64,000 nucleotides of DNA from an uncultured Candidatus Poseidoniales archaeon (GTDB taxonomy: Archaea > Thermoplasmatota > Poseidoniia > Poseidoniales > Thalassarchaeaceae): positions 10,622 to 74,621 of the forward strand of contig CAXDMJ010000001.1 in the NCBI GenBank assembly GCA_963990035.1. Reading direction: 5' to 3'. Of the stretch, positions 28,435-39,500 are shown one piece after another. A program made the translations under genes and the position numbers. A model generated the notes under the pieces. That model had not been told where the DNA came from. It saw nothing but the letters and a program-made list of their open reading frames with translations, and did not search any database. Within the stretch, counting starts at the first letter, position 1. Every line of letters begins with the position of its first letter.

Positions 28435-30969
28435 TCATCTATGTCCCATGACAACTCGATGAACTGAATTTTGGACTTCTTTCATTCGATCATTAGCCCC
28501 TAATTCTCTAAATACAGATAATGCTTTTTGTAGATAATCCATTCTTTGTGAACGATCTGTCTCAACCTCTCCTAAACGTGCTAAGAGTTCTCCTTTCAGG
28601 AGACGGAAATCATTAGCGTCAGCCAGAGCAAGTCCCTCCAAATAATGTTCAGAAGCCTCTTCTTTCCTACCAGCATCACTAAGAACTTGGCCAAGTAACA
28701 TTTCAACCTCTACTGCGCTATGGGGATCTGCCTGTTCAGAGAGTATTTCTAAAGCACCAGAATAATGTAACATTGCTAAGTCATTATCTTTTATTCTAGC
28801 ATAATATCTACCCAACACTGCTCTTGCTCTTGCGTGTAAAGTATCTTGACCATTATTTTGGGTTTCATCATGAGCCAACATTGCATGATCTCTTGCACGA
28901 TCTAATTCACCCATTTCTAAAAAGGCAGAAGCAAGTCTGATTCGCGAATCACATAATTCAGGATTATTCTCAGATTCTAATAACTGTTCGACATTACTGT
29001 AAACTTCGAGTGCATGCCTAGTATCTCTACGACGACGAAATATATACCCCATATTATTATAAGATCTGGCAGCAGATACTGCATCTCTGGAACTTATTTG
29101 GATTTCAAGAGCCTGACGGTGTAACTCCAAAGCATCATCCATCGCACCCCTCTTAACTGCTATATCTGCACGAGATGAAAGTAATCTAGCAAGTTCCTTA
29201 TTCTGTTTATTTTTACGCGCAGTGGGTATTGCCAGATCATATTCTTTCACTGCATCATCCCATCTACCTTGGATAGATAAAATATCACCTCTGAGCTCTC
29301 TGACAATAACCCATGATTTCGAGTCAAAACCATCTCTATCTAACGCCCTTAGTATGCCTAATAATTCAGTATGACCTGCTTTGACTAATGTATGACCCTC
29401 GATTGATAATACCTTAGTTAATTCATCAATCTGATTAGAATTATGAAGGTGATGAATGAACTCTATCCTATCAGTAGCGCTAGTTTTGCGGTTTCTGTAC
29501 CAATTGACAGCATTACTATGCAACTCTTGACGTAAATTTTGCTCCATTGACAATACTAAAAATTCACGAACTAGGTCATGTACATCATAATTTTCGCTAT
29601 CAGCTTGTCGTGCTAGCCCTTTTTCAACTAGTTCATCTAAAAGATCAATGGCAGCATCTAGTTCACTGAGAGCATCTAAAGGCATAGGTTCTCTAAAAAC
29701 TGCAATTGCACCAAGAAGTCTTTTTTGAGATCCTGATAATCTACTAAAAATTTCTTTCTCAACAAATTTCTCTAAAGTCGAATGGAATGTACCCCCTACG
29801 CTACCTCGATTAATCAATTCTAATACCAATGGGTGGCCCCGTGATAGTGAATAAATATGAAGAAAATCAGGAGAAGTTATATCTGGCATAGATGAAAGTA
29901 TTTGTTTACTAGATTCTTTATCTAAACCATCTAGTGGCATTACTAATGTTAAGATTTTACCTTCAGAATCTTTCTCAGGAACTACCATTCTAAAAGATCT
30001 AGAAAACATTACTAAACCAACCTGGTCAAGATTAGGTATTTTCATGCAAATACCTCTCAATATTGTAATTAAAGTTTCATCACCGACTTTATGTAAATCA
30101 TCAATAACAATCAAACTAGGCGAATTAACTAAGCCTTTTATTATCAGATCAATTGCCACATTAGGTTGAGGGATTGAAGTTCCAGCTAAATAGTCGGATA
30201 AATCATTTGAACCCATTGTAGACTGCCATTCAGCAGTAGCTTCAAGGAATGACCTAGAACCTTCCCAATCTTGACAACGATGAAATAATAGATTTCTTTC
30301 ATGAGTAAATCTCTCTAGTATTTTACCTGCTAATGCAGTTTTGCCAATTCCAGCAATTCCGGGCACAAGTATAGATGAAGATCTTGCTTCGAGTAAGTTA
30401 ACCATATCATCAACTTCTTTCTGCCGACCATAGAATTTCCTAGTCCTTGGTAGATCATTAAATGAGGTTACTAACTGTTTTTCAATATGTTTAGATAGGT
30501 CTCGCTCGATTAATTCGGCTGAAAGTATCGATAAATCTACACTGCCATTATCATCAATATATCTTAAAATATCAACATGCCGAAGTGGTAAATCAGTTAA
30601 TTCTAATGCATTAACAAGTGATACGTTTTCTACACGACCATCTGAATATTTGAGACGTACTGGTTGGGTACTAACTTTATCCCAAATGCCATTAGCAACT
30701 TTAATTCCGTCATCAGTTAAAAAATATGCTTTTCTTTTTCTTGAGACACCTGTGACATGAGCCTGTTTTTCTATGAGAAGACCCTGCTCCCTCATACCTG
30801 AAATTGCTCTAGGGACATTAGAACGCGCTATTGCTACAGCATTAGCTATCCCCATTTGTGAAAGAGCGAAGGGGACTTCTACTCTTCCTGCATGTTCTAC
30901 ATAATCTCTGAGATGCAATAGAATCCTTTCTTGGACACCAGGACGAGGGGCCACTGACATGCTACTCAT
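28435..30969 (-). CDS. wHTH - STAND/AAA NTPase - TPR regulator
   Basis: The N-terminus is a MarR/wHTH-like 'ALSQMGIANAVAIARSNVPRAISGMREQGLLIEKQ'. Walker A is 'PGIAGIGKTALAG' (rc of ~30334-30363) and Walker B is 'LIVIDDLH'. The C-terminal ~330 aa holds repeated TPR-like A/L/Y helices. The track start at 30987 is TTG. The first ATG is at 30969. Confidence 0.7.
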   Translation of the reverse strand: MSSMSVAPRPGVQERILLHLRDYVEHAGRVEVPFALSQMGIANAVAIARSNVPRAISGMREQGLLIEKQAHVTGVSRKRKAYFLTDDGIKVANGIWDKVSTQPVRLKYSDGRVENVSLVNALELTDLPLRHVDILRYIDDNGSVDLSILSAELIERDLSKHIEKQLVTSFNDLPRTRKFYGRQKEVDDMVNLLEARSSSILVPGIAGIGKTALAGKILERFTHERNLLFHRCQDWEGSRSFLEATAEWQSTMGSNDLSDYLAGTSIPQPNVAIDLIIKGLVNSPSLIVIDDLHKVGDETLITILRGICMKIPNLDQVGLVMFSRSFRMVVPEKDSEGKILTLVMPLDGLDKESSKQILSSMPDITSPDFLHIYSLSRGHPLVLELINRGSVGGTFHSTLEKFVEKEIFSRLSGSQKRLLGAIAVFREPMPLDALSELDAAIDLLDELVEKGLARQADSENYDVHDLVREFLVLSMEQNLRQELHSNAVNWYRNRKTSATDRIEFIHHLHNSNQIDELTKVLSIEGHTLVKAGHTELLGILRALDRDGFDSKSWVIVRELRGDILSIQGRWDDAVKEYDLAIPTARKNKQNKELARLLSSRADIAVKRGAMDDALELHRQALEIQISSRDAVSAARSYNNMGYIFRRRRDTRHALEVYSNVEQLLESENNPELCDSRIRLASAFLEMGELDRARDHAMLAHDETQNNGQDTLHARARAVLGRYYARIKDNDLAMLHYSGALEILSEQADPHSAVEVEMLLGQVLSDAGRKEEASEHYLEGLALADANDFRLLKGELLARLGEVETDRSQRMDYLQKALSVFRELGANDRMKEVQNSVHRVVMGHR

Positions 30970-31029
30970 GGAGTCAGCAATCTGCAATACCTCATGAAGT
31001 TTCGCTGGTCAAGTTCGGCAATTAAGTCA

Positions 31030-34000
31030 TCAAGACCCATAATCTGGATCTTCTATCCAGTCATTAGATTCATCATCCCAAATCCATCCTTCTGATGTCT
31101 CGACATTTTCTGATGATTCATCATCACTTCCATCACCATCGTCTATTTCTACAAAGAAATATACAAATACACCACCCAGTAGACCAATAATTACGATTGA
31201 AATTATCGCAAGCATAACTGTAGATAATCCTTCATCAGACCCTCCTACTGAAATTTTAACATCACTTGAATAATCTGCTCCAACGTATCTAAATACTGGA
31301 GTCACAGGACCATCATCGAATCTAGATGATGGGATTCCTACGCTCCAAGTAGAATCAGAATTAACGATTGTACTATTTGCTGGAACTTGATTAATTAATG
31401 CAGTAACAGTTTTCCCAGGGAGACCTATTCCAGAGAATATAATACTTTCACCATTTTCAACAACTGTGATTTCAGGGGTATCAATTTGGAAAGTAACACC
31501 AACTACTGTGAAAGTAACAGGAATAGAAATTTCTCTTGAACCGAAAGGATCGGTTGCCATGAAGATTACATTTTCTAGAGTCCAAGAACTCATATTATTA
31601 TCATAAAAGAACATAGAAATTGGGTCATAAATTGCGAGGCCATCTTGACCTACATTAATTACTAATGCGAATTCATCATCATTAGTATCGGATGGATTGT
31701 CATAAACTGATAAAATAAGATTTTGTCCATCTAAATCTGAGAAGAAATCATTTAAATCAATTTCACCTTTAGTGCATCGATCCTGAGATTGTGAGGAAAT
31801 TTCACAATATAGGACTATATCTTTTATCCAGTTATCTGAATCAAAACTAGGTTGATTATTTCCTGCATCTGAAGGATTATCTGCAATGATATTTATTGTA
31901 CTCATATCACTAAAGTCATAACCATCATAAGATCTAATATCTATAGCATATTCAAAGTCATGTTGAAGAATAGTAGGGTCCCATTCGGTAGACCAAGCAC
32001 CATTTACTTCGAAATCTGTCACGGACTGTTGATGGACAATTATTCCACCATTGTAAATATCTCTTACTGTTATATCTACTCTCGATACTGAACCATCATT
32101 ATCTCTTGCAACGCCCTGTATTGTTGTATCAGATACAGAAACTCTTTCACCATCTTGAGGAGATATTATATTAATGAAAGGTATTGAATTAGAGTTGTCA
32201 ATGGTTAGAGTCATTGTAACTGCATCACATTCATCGATAACACTCAAACAAAAGTCTGAATCAGAAGCCCAAATTGTAAATATATATTCAGCTGATACCC
32301 TTGGTTGACCACTGAAATCCCATGTCCATGACCAATCTGCTCCGCCAGAGGTTGGAGTAGTACCTTCAAAATTAGGTCCACTAATATAGAAATAAACCTC
32401 TCCTATATCTTTACTACAATCAAGAGGACATCCATATTGATCATACGCAGTTCCTTCGAACGTCACTGAACCATCTGACCAAGTTGAAGCATCACTAGGA
32501 GATGATACTGTAATTACAGGAGGCGCAGCATTTAGCTTAATTGTTCTAGAGATAATTGGACTATAGTCAATACCATCAAAAGATCTGAATTCGAAAGTAT
32601 AATCTGTTTCTTGGTAATTCGTCATATCAAAAGAGTAGTACCAAGAATTGAATGGATGATTGAATCGAGTAACTGATTCAGGTTCGGCTCCACTATCATC
32701 AATGCCAAGGCCTGCAGAAGCCCATTCACTTGTGAATGGATCACGCACCTCTATTGAATGAATATATCCTTTTTGATCCCATTGTGCTAGAGAATCAGTT
32801 GCATAAAACCCTGCTAGTTGTCCATCATGCGCGGAACCAGTGAAGTTGACTATTTTTCTAAAGGAATGACCATTTTCTTGAATTACAGATACTGAAGGTC
32901 CCGAATTAAATAGATTAATAGTATCTTGATACGTCACATCTTGGACTACAAAATCACTACGATCATAACCAAATCCAAAACGGTATGCAGTATAGTAGTA
33001 ACGAGATAACTCACGTGTTCCTAGAGTGTAATCACAGTCTAAATCGTTGTTATCAATAGTTAAATCGCCATCATTATCAATACCATCAGAACATGAATCT
33101 TCATATTCATCATCAGCAAAACCATCAGGATTGTCACCTCCGGCTAATCCTCTGAAGTCCAGATGTGAATCAGATGCTAAAGCAAACCATGGAGTATAAC
33201 CATTTTGATCAGTATATAATGAGTAAAGATCATTGCCGAGCGCATCTTCAATAAGCACATTTGCATTTTCAACCTTCACACCATCAACCAACGTTTGGAA
33301 TCTAGCCATTTCAGCTCTTCGGACCTGAACTGCATACTGAGTGGGTTGAGATTTAATAAAAATCTTCGAAGTATCAACATTAGAAAGATTAGCAAATGTA
33401 AACACAGTGGAGTTATTATCCATACTCAATGCTAATGGGAAATTAATTGGTGTTAGATTCTCACAACTTACACATTCCGAAATTGCAGTAGGTATAATTG
33501 CACCTTGGAATCCATTTGCTGGCCATGCTTCTTGATCTGGCCAATCGAGAATAACAGGGAACTCGCCAGGAGGTGCACTAGGGATAAATTCAGATTGAAC
33601 AGTTACAGAAGATTTAGTCACATTGTAAGCTGTTTCAATACCGTTCCAAGTATTCAGAGAAAAGAAACCTAGAGATCCATATTGTTGAGTATTAGCAAAA
33701 CCACTATCATAATTACGTATTACTGCACCAGTTCCGGGTGTATTGAACAAATTTCTTTGGACATCCATGAGGCCTCCAATTGCTCTAATTCCATCAGCAT
33801 CTCCACCCATACTAAATTCATTATCATAAAGTGTCATTCCTGATCGGAATAGACTGACTGCAGGGCAAGTATACTCACCATCCCAATATTTGAAGCTAGA
33901 ACAGGTCCCTGGAGAATCAACATTGACGGTATTGTTTGAAAAATGAAGTCTAGATGCAGATGGTGCAGGCCCTGAACTACTTAATTCACCAACTTGTACA

Positions 34001-35232
34001 GGAGTCTTAGCTGTATTCGTGATTGTATTATATTCGGCAATTACATCGAAAGATCCAGTTAGCCACAAACCATTCCATCCACCTATTGGACCTATCTCAT
34101 TATTGTGAATATAGGCTTTACTTGATTGTACTGTGATACCTGAACGTTCACCAACTCCAGAAATCTCGTTATTATGTAATTCTACATTAGCACCATCATA
34201 AACAGTTATTCCAGAACCTGTATCAGTTGTAATTTCATTATTTCCAACCTCAATAGTAAATTCGACGCCTTGGATTGCTTTAATTCCATTAATATCGACT
34301 CCATTACAATTAACATTGATATCAGAATTCGTAATAAGACCTGATGAACTTGTTAGAGAAAATCCATAATCACCAGTATTAACAGTAGCATCATTAATTT
34401 CGATAAAAGTTCCTTCGGCCCAAAGTGTTGGACGACCTCCATCATTATTACCACAACCATTATCTGTTCCAATAAAAAATGGTGAATTCATGACAAGTGG
34501 GGATATCTGAGTCCCAGAGCCGTAAATTTGAACGGCAGAGCCCCCCACTCCACTCTTACCATCATTCCCTGCGACATATGTGCCACCCTCAAATATTGGT
34601 TGTGCTAAATTTGTAGTTAATACACTACTTGTATTTATGTTTGTGAAACGAATTTGGTTTAATGTTGGTGATGCTCCATCGATAACCATAGCACCATATC
34701 GCCATCGGTTAATTGAATCAATATAGTAGGGGATCCCCCAGGCATCATCAAATGTAATGTGCCTAAAACCTGTTTCAGATAGATCAATAGAACTACGAAT
34801 TAACATTCCCTCAAAACAAGATGCATCCTCAACTTGAATCTCTTGGGTTCCTTGCGTCATACCTTTACATTCACCGATTTCACTAGAATTTGAAGGATCA
34901 GTCCATCTAAGAGTGATTTTATTGGCTAAACTAGCGTCACCAGATGCACCGCATGAAGATACACCTGCACATATATTACCTCGGACATCTAGATATGTCC
35001 CATTAGGAAAAATTACAGTAGTACCTGGATTAATAATTAGTTTAGCACCAGAAGCAATAGTTACATCTCCAGTTAACTGATGGGTACCAGACCATGTTTC
35101 AGATGTAGTAATAGTTCCAGAGGTTGTTTCATTGTTAGCCATCACTGGAGTTGCGGGACCCACTAAAGCAATAAGAACACTAGATAACATTAGGAAAACG
35201 AGGAACGAACTTGTTGCACGACGCTTGGACAT
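31030..35232 (-). CDS. 1400-aa type-I surface protein: signal peptide, right-handed parallel beta-helix (PbH1) region, Cys/Asp-rich Ca-binding-like motif, Ig-like modules, TM anchor, acidic tail
   Basis: PbH1 turns are 'VELHNNEISGVGERSGITVQSSKAYIHNNEIGP'. 'CSDGIDNDGDLTIDNNDLDCDY' is encoded at rc of ~33028-33111. Ig-like modules include 'INIISPQDGERVSVSDTTIQGVARDNDGSVSRVDITV'. The TM helix is 'VMLAIISIVIIGLLGGVFVYFFV' and the tail is 'EIDDGDGSDDESSENVETSEGWIWDDESNDWIEDPDYGS'. Confidence 0.7.
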   Translation of the reverse strand: MSKRRATSSFLVFLMLSSVLIALVGPATPVMANNETTSGTITTSETWSGTHQLTGDVTIASGAKLIINPGTTVIFPNGTYLDVRGNICAGVSSCGASGDASLANKITLRWTDPSNSSEIGECKGMTQGTQEIQVEDASCFEGMLIRSSIDLSETGFRHITFDDAWGIPYYIDSINRWRYGAMVIDGASPTLNQIRFTNINTSSVLTTNLAQPIFEGGTYVAGNDGKSGVGGSAVQIYGSGTQISPLVMNSPFFIGTDNGCGNNDGGRPTLWAEGTFIEINDATVNTGDYGFSLTSSSGLITNSDINVNCNGVDINGIKAIQGVEFTIEVGNNEITTDTGSGITVYDGANVELHNNEISGVGERSGITVQSSKAYIHNNEIGPIGGWNGLWLTGSFDVIAEYNTITNTAKTPVQVGELSSSGPAPSASRLHFSNNTVNVDSPGTCSSFKYWDGEYTCPAVSLFRSGMTLYDNEFSMGGDADGIRAIGGLMDVQRNLFNTPGTGAVIRNYDSGFANTQQYGSLGFFSLNTWNGIETAYNVTKSSVTVQSEFIPSAPPGEFPVILDWPDQEAWPANGFQGAIIPTAISECVSCENLTPINFPLALSMDNNSTVFTFANLSNVDTSKIFIKSQPTQYAVQVRRAEMARFQTLVDGVKVENANVLIEDALGNDLYSLYTDQNGYTPWFALASDSHLDFRGLAGGDNPDGFADDEYEDSCSDGIDNDGDLTIDNNDLDCDYTLGTRELSRYYYTAYRFGFGYDRSDFVVQDVTYQDTINLFNSGPSVSVIQENGHSFRKIVNFTGSAHDGQLAGFYATDSLAQWDQKGYIHSIEVRDPFTSEWASAGLGIDDSGAEPESVTRFNHPFNSWYYSFDMTNYQETDYTFEFRSFDGIDYSPIISRTIKLNAAPPVITVSSPSDASTWSDGSVTFEGTAYDQYGCPLDCSKDIGEVYFYISGPNFEGTTPTSGGADWSWTWDFSGQPRVSAEYIFTIWASDSDFCLSVIDECDAVTMTLTIDNSNSIPFINIISPQDGERVSVSDTTIQGVARDNDGSVSRVDITVRDIYNGGIIVHQQSVTDFEVNGAWSTEWDPTILQHDFEYAIDIRSYDGYDFSDMSTINIIADNPSDAGNNQPSFDSDNWIKDIVLYCEISSQSQDRCTKGEIDLNDFFSDLDGQNLILSVYDNPSDTNDDEFALVINVGQDGLAIYDPISMFFYDNNMSSWTLENVIFMATDPFGSREISIPVTFTVVGVTFQIDTPEITVVENGESIIFSGIGLPGKTVTALINQVPANSTIVNSDSTWSVGIPSSRFDDGPVTPVFRYVGADYSSDVKISVGGSDEGLSTVMLAIISIVIIGLLGGVFVYFFVEIDDGDGSDDESSENVETSEGWIWDDESNDWIEDPDYGS

Positions 35233-35309
35233 GTTTTACCGTATTAGAATATGGATTTAACCAATTTGGGGGGACGTGCAGAATTAATAGAGGAATAAAA
35301 TGCATTAAT

Positions 35310-36572
35310 CTATGCAATATTAAACGAAAAGGCCACTTCTTCGGACCATTTGACTACATCGAGACTACCATATCCAGAATGAGAATTATGAGAATTACTT
35401 CCAAAATTACCTCGGTCACAAGAACTTGCGAGTGATTGTTTCACCATACGCATTTCTTCTTCATCGATGATACCGTCAGAGCCTGCAATCTCATCTCCAA
35501 ATTGTTGAATTATAAGGGCTAATGCACCAGTTACAAAAACAGTAGAGGCACTAGTCCCTGAAGAATATGCATAAGGAGATGAAAGACTATTCGAAGCTGT
35601 GGAGAATATATTTACACCAGGTGCGATAACTTCTGGTTTTTGATTAGGGTACTCTCTATTTTCATCTGAAGATAAATCTGTAAGAGAGCCATAAGCACTA
35701 CTCCCCCAAACATACCCTGCTTTATTGTGAGCGCCTACTGAAATCACACCTGCAACGCTAGATGGTTGAGATACATCTTTCACATCCGGTTTAAGACCTG
35801 TGTTACCTGCAGCAGCTACAACAAATATCCCGGCATCAAGTGCTTCTTGAACGGCGATATTAGTTTGAGAATTAGATGATAGGTCAGAAGGTTCGCCTCC
35901 AAGACTCAATGAGATTATATCCACTCTTTGAGTTATTCTGCACCATCTGATAGCCTGAGCGACACGATCACCAGAACCAGAAGTCCCTTCATCATCAAGT
36001 GCCAAAGCAACAGAAAGTTCAACCATAGGAGCTGCACCCTTGAATGTACCATTAGATATCAATATACCAGTCATTAGTGTACCATGAGAATTATCCCCTA
36101 TATCTCTAATCAAGTCATGTTTACTCTCCACAAAATCTCTAAACCCAGATAATTCATGATGTGCAAAGTTAGGATGAGTCATATCAATTCCAGTGTCAAC
36201 AATACAAACATGTACTCCTTCGCCAAGAAATCCTTGTGATTGAATTTGTCTAATCCCAGTTGTTTCATCATATGCCCATTCAGAATCAGGTAAAATAGGT
36301 ATTAGTAATGCATTCACCCATGGCCAGCTCGCAATTAATAGAATTGTAAGTATCGAGAAAATAATTGCACCATTGGGCCAGAGGTACTCCTTCATAGGAC
36401 CAATAGGCCACCTTAATTCGCGAGCTTCTTGGTCACTAAGGCCATAGTCAGCCCCTGGATAACCCGGAGCAGAAGAGTCAATGGCAGTCAGAATCCTATG
36501 ATCTTCCGGCTCAGGTAACAAATCTAAATTTTCCAGAGGTCTCAATGATCCACCCCAATTAGAATGGAGCAC
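35310..36572 (-). CDS. Membrane-anchored subtilisin-like serine protease (S8)
   Basis: The catalytic triad motifs are 'CIVDTGID' (Asp), 'SHGTLMTG' (His) and 'SGTSASTVFVTGA' (Ser). The N-terminal TM helix is 'IIFSILTILLIASWPWV'. The track start at 36572 is GTG and overlaps the upstream gene by 14 nt. An alternative ATG at 36395 (MKEYLWP...) is possible. Confidence 0.85.
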   Translation of the reverse strand: MLHSNWGGSLRPLENLDLLPEPEDHRILTAIDSSAPGYPGADYGLSDQEARELRWPIGPMKEYLWPNGAIIFSILTILLIASWPWVNALLIPILPDSEWAYDETTGIRQIQSQGFLGEGVHVCIVDTGIDMTHPNFAHHELSGFRDFVESKHDLIRDIGDNSHGTLMTGILISNGTFKGAAPMVELSVALALDDEGTSGSGDRVAQAIRWCRITQRVDIISLSLGGEPSDLSSNSQTNIAVQEALDAGIFVVAAAGNTGLKPDVKDVSQPSSVAGVISVGAHNKAGYVWGSSAYGSLTDLSSDENREYPNQKPEVIAPGVNIFSTASNSLSSPYAYSSGTSASTVFVTGALALIIQQFGDEIAGSDGIIDEEEMRMVKQSLASSCDRGNFGSNSHNSHSGYGSLDVVKWSEEVAFSFNIA

Positions 36573-39500
36573 CTGGACGTCTTGAACGGCCTTTAGTCAA
36601 GAATGCAAATATTCCAACTAAAATTACTATTAGAATTGGAGCAATAATATCTGTACCCTCATCATCATTTGCTGCAGGAGAACGTACATCGATATTCCAA
36701 GAACCTATGAAAATTCCGTCTGATACATGCCAAGAGTCATCATTAATATTATCCTCACCGAATATACTTGAATTAATATCCATTACCAAGTAATATGGTC
36801 CAACTGTGATGTCAGATAGATCAAACAAGAAACTGAACTGCATAGATGATTCTGCACCTATATCCATAGTTGTAACTGTACTAACTGATGTAGGGTTATT
36901 ACAAGAAACATCATTACAAAGAGTCGCATTCAGTTGAACTTGTTTAGCTTCAACCAAACCAGTATTAGATACTGTTGCAATATATGTAATCTGACCACCT
37001 GCCTCAGGTTCACCTCCACCCAATGCTTGGGCTCCTTCTATCTTCAGAATAGGTTCTGAACTTCGTATATTAATTTCGATAGTTTCATATGAATTACCCG
37101 CCTTATCTGTTGCTGTAACATATATAGAAAACTCCTCATTAGATGAGGTTTCAGGGGCTACAACAGTAACACTGTGAGTTGTACTAACGAATCCACCAAG
37201 AGTATGAGAGGTTGGTCCTGTTCTACTCCATCCTTCAGGTAACTCTGAGTCATCAAATTCGAATTCATACTTATCATCGCCATTTCCAGCATTAGTAAAT
37301 TCAATTGGCACTATAATTAGTTCACCAGGAGATACACCATAGACTTCTTTCATAGGATTAGTCAACTCAAAACCATGTAATTGAGGAACTCTCACTGTTA
37401 ATTCGTGAGTATCCTGGTATCCATCTTGTGTAGAAATTAAAATTGTAATCATATGGCCATCATCGAAAGCATGAGCAACTGATTGATTAGCAGGAGTTAC
37501 TCGTATGTTCAAATCATCGAATGTTTGAGCATTATCAAGACCAACTTCAAACTGAGTAGAAGTATTCCAACCTGAGCCATTATTGAATTCTAATGTCCAT
37601 TCTGTACTGTCAGATCCTGAGACTATACCTCCAACTGTATAAAGATCATACGATTCATGTCCGAGATATTCAACTCCAAGAGTGAATTCAACTGGTACAA
37701 AGCCATCTGTTTCATTAACTACAAGATTTACATCATTAGTAGAACCAATATAACTCTCATGACCTGATGTAAGATTTAGGGTCTGAATAATAATCTCATG
37801 ATTTGAAACTCTATTGTATAATAGAGATAATACTGGAGATTCTTGACCAGAATAAACATCAGTCCCTCTACCTGCCATATATTCCATTGTAATCCCTCTC
37901 TGTTCAACATCAAAGTCACTTGAAAATTCAACATTACCATTAGGTAAAAGTAAATTCAAAGAGCCATCCGTTTCAACATCTTGTATCCACTTCATTCCAA
38001 ATCCAATATCAATGACTATATTGCCATCAACAATTTCTCCAAGATTACGAGATACACCATCATAGTCTAACCATTCAGTATTAACATCAAGAATACCTCC
38101 TCTTGTAAGTTCCATATCTAGATTACCACCATCAGTTACATCTACATTTATTAGACCCATTACAACCAAATCTTGACTTGGAACGCTAGCACTAACAATC
38201 CAAAGACCGGGCTCTAATTGAGCAGACCAGTTACCTAACCAACCTTCATCACCATAGAATAATAGTGGAGTCACAGTATCTCGTACAATACCTTCTGTAG
38301 GTATTATTGTAAGAACTACATCACCTTCTGGAATACTAGTAATCCCAAGATCATAAGAAATATTACCTGAAACATGAATTAGCCCCGCAGTTAGTTCAAG
38401 AAGAACATCATTAGGCACATCTGAAACAGATATACTTTGTTGAATACTTTCAAATCCATCATAAGAAGTATTTATTTCCCAAATTGTATTTGCAGGTACG
38501 AATAGCTCCCAATCACCATTATTACCTGATTCAATTGTATTATCAGGTAAGATTTCATTAGAGAATAACATAGTTACATCGGAAATACCTTCACCAACAT
38601 TGGATGCATCATTATCATTCAAGTCCCAATACACAGTACCTGAAATTGCAACATATAGATTTGCAATTAAATCGTAATGATTATCATCACTTATATCAAT
38701 AGATATAGGATACTCCTCAACTAGCCATCTATTACCATTTTCAGTGTAATTTAAAGACACTATCCATTCTCCAGTTACTAAACTAATATCAGTAAATCCA
38801 CTAGAGTTTGTAGCTTCGATACTGAATGAACCTAGGCCTTCTGCTGACTCGAGTAACAAACTTATACCATTTAACGAATCATTACTACCATCTTCAGATA
38901 ACGTAAAGGAAACTTCTGCAAGTTCACTGGTTGATAATACCAAGTCAGTAGCCGAATTCTCAGATGATACTGAAACTAATTCCCTAAGGCCCTCATGGAT
39001 ATCATTGTTCATTGTATCAGTAGTTACTATCCAATCACCTTCAGAAATAAAACCAATTATATTACCATCAATGTCTGTTGTTCGTGAAAGAATCCATCCA
39101 TTCTCAACATTAGTTAATCTTACTAATTGCTCAGATAGAACACCCCCACTTTCGTTTGTGAAAGACATATTAACTCGCCATTCAGGATCGAATCCTATTG
39201 TACGAGAAATTGTGGAAGACTCCATACCAACTTGGAAATTTACATCTCCAGTAAGGATACGTGTTCCGAATGTTTCACCAGAATTAGCATCTGAAATATC
39301 AACTGATATTCGATAAATCCCTGGTTCTACTGAAACCTCGGCATGACCTGTACCATTCCATTCTGAATCATCAATATTTATTTGGTAATCTAAGCCATTA
39401 ATCATTGATATTAAACTGAAATTATAGTTTACAGACGTTCCGTTAGAAAGATTATTATCTCCTGAGTGATCTAAGAAGAAGTCAACCAATAACAATGAAT

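Noticed and set aside
27613-30987. The STAND NTPase plus the adjacent MBL-fold hydrolase could be read as an Avs-like antiviral defence pair.
   Set aside because: The two genes are convergent (tail-to-tail at 28434/28435), so they are not an operon. The STAND N-terminus looks like a wHTH rather than a nuclease or protease effector. The MBL protein resembles a generic YycJ/PhnP-type hydrolase. The defence reading is kept only as an alternative inside the STAND finding.
36559-36665. A possible PGF-CTERM/archaeosortase sorting signal at the C-terminus of the mega-AglB and other surface proteins.
   Set aside because: The tails are a TM helix plus KGRSRR, or a TM helix plus an acidic stretch. None has the Pro-Gly-Phe motif preceding the helix, and no archaeosortase gene is in the window.
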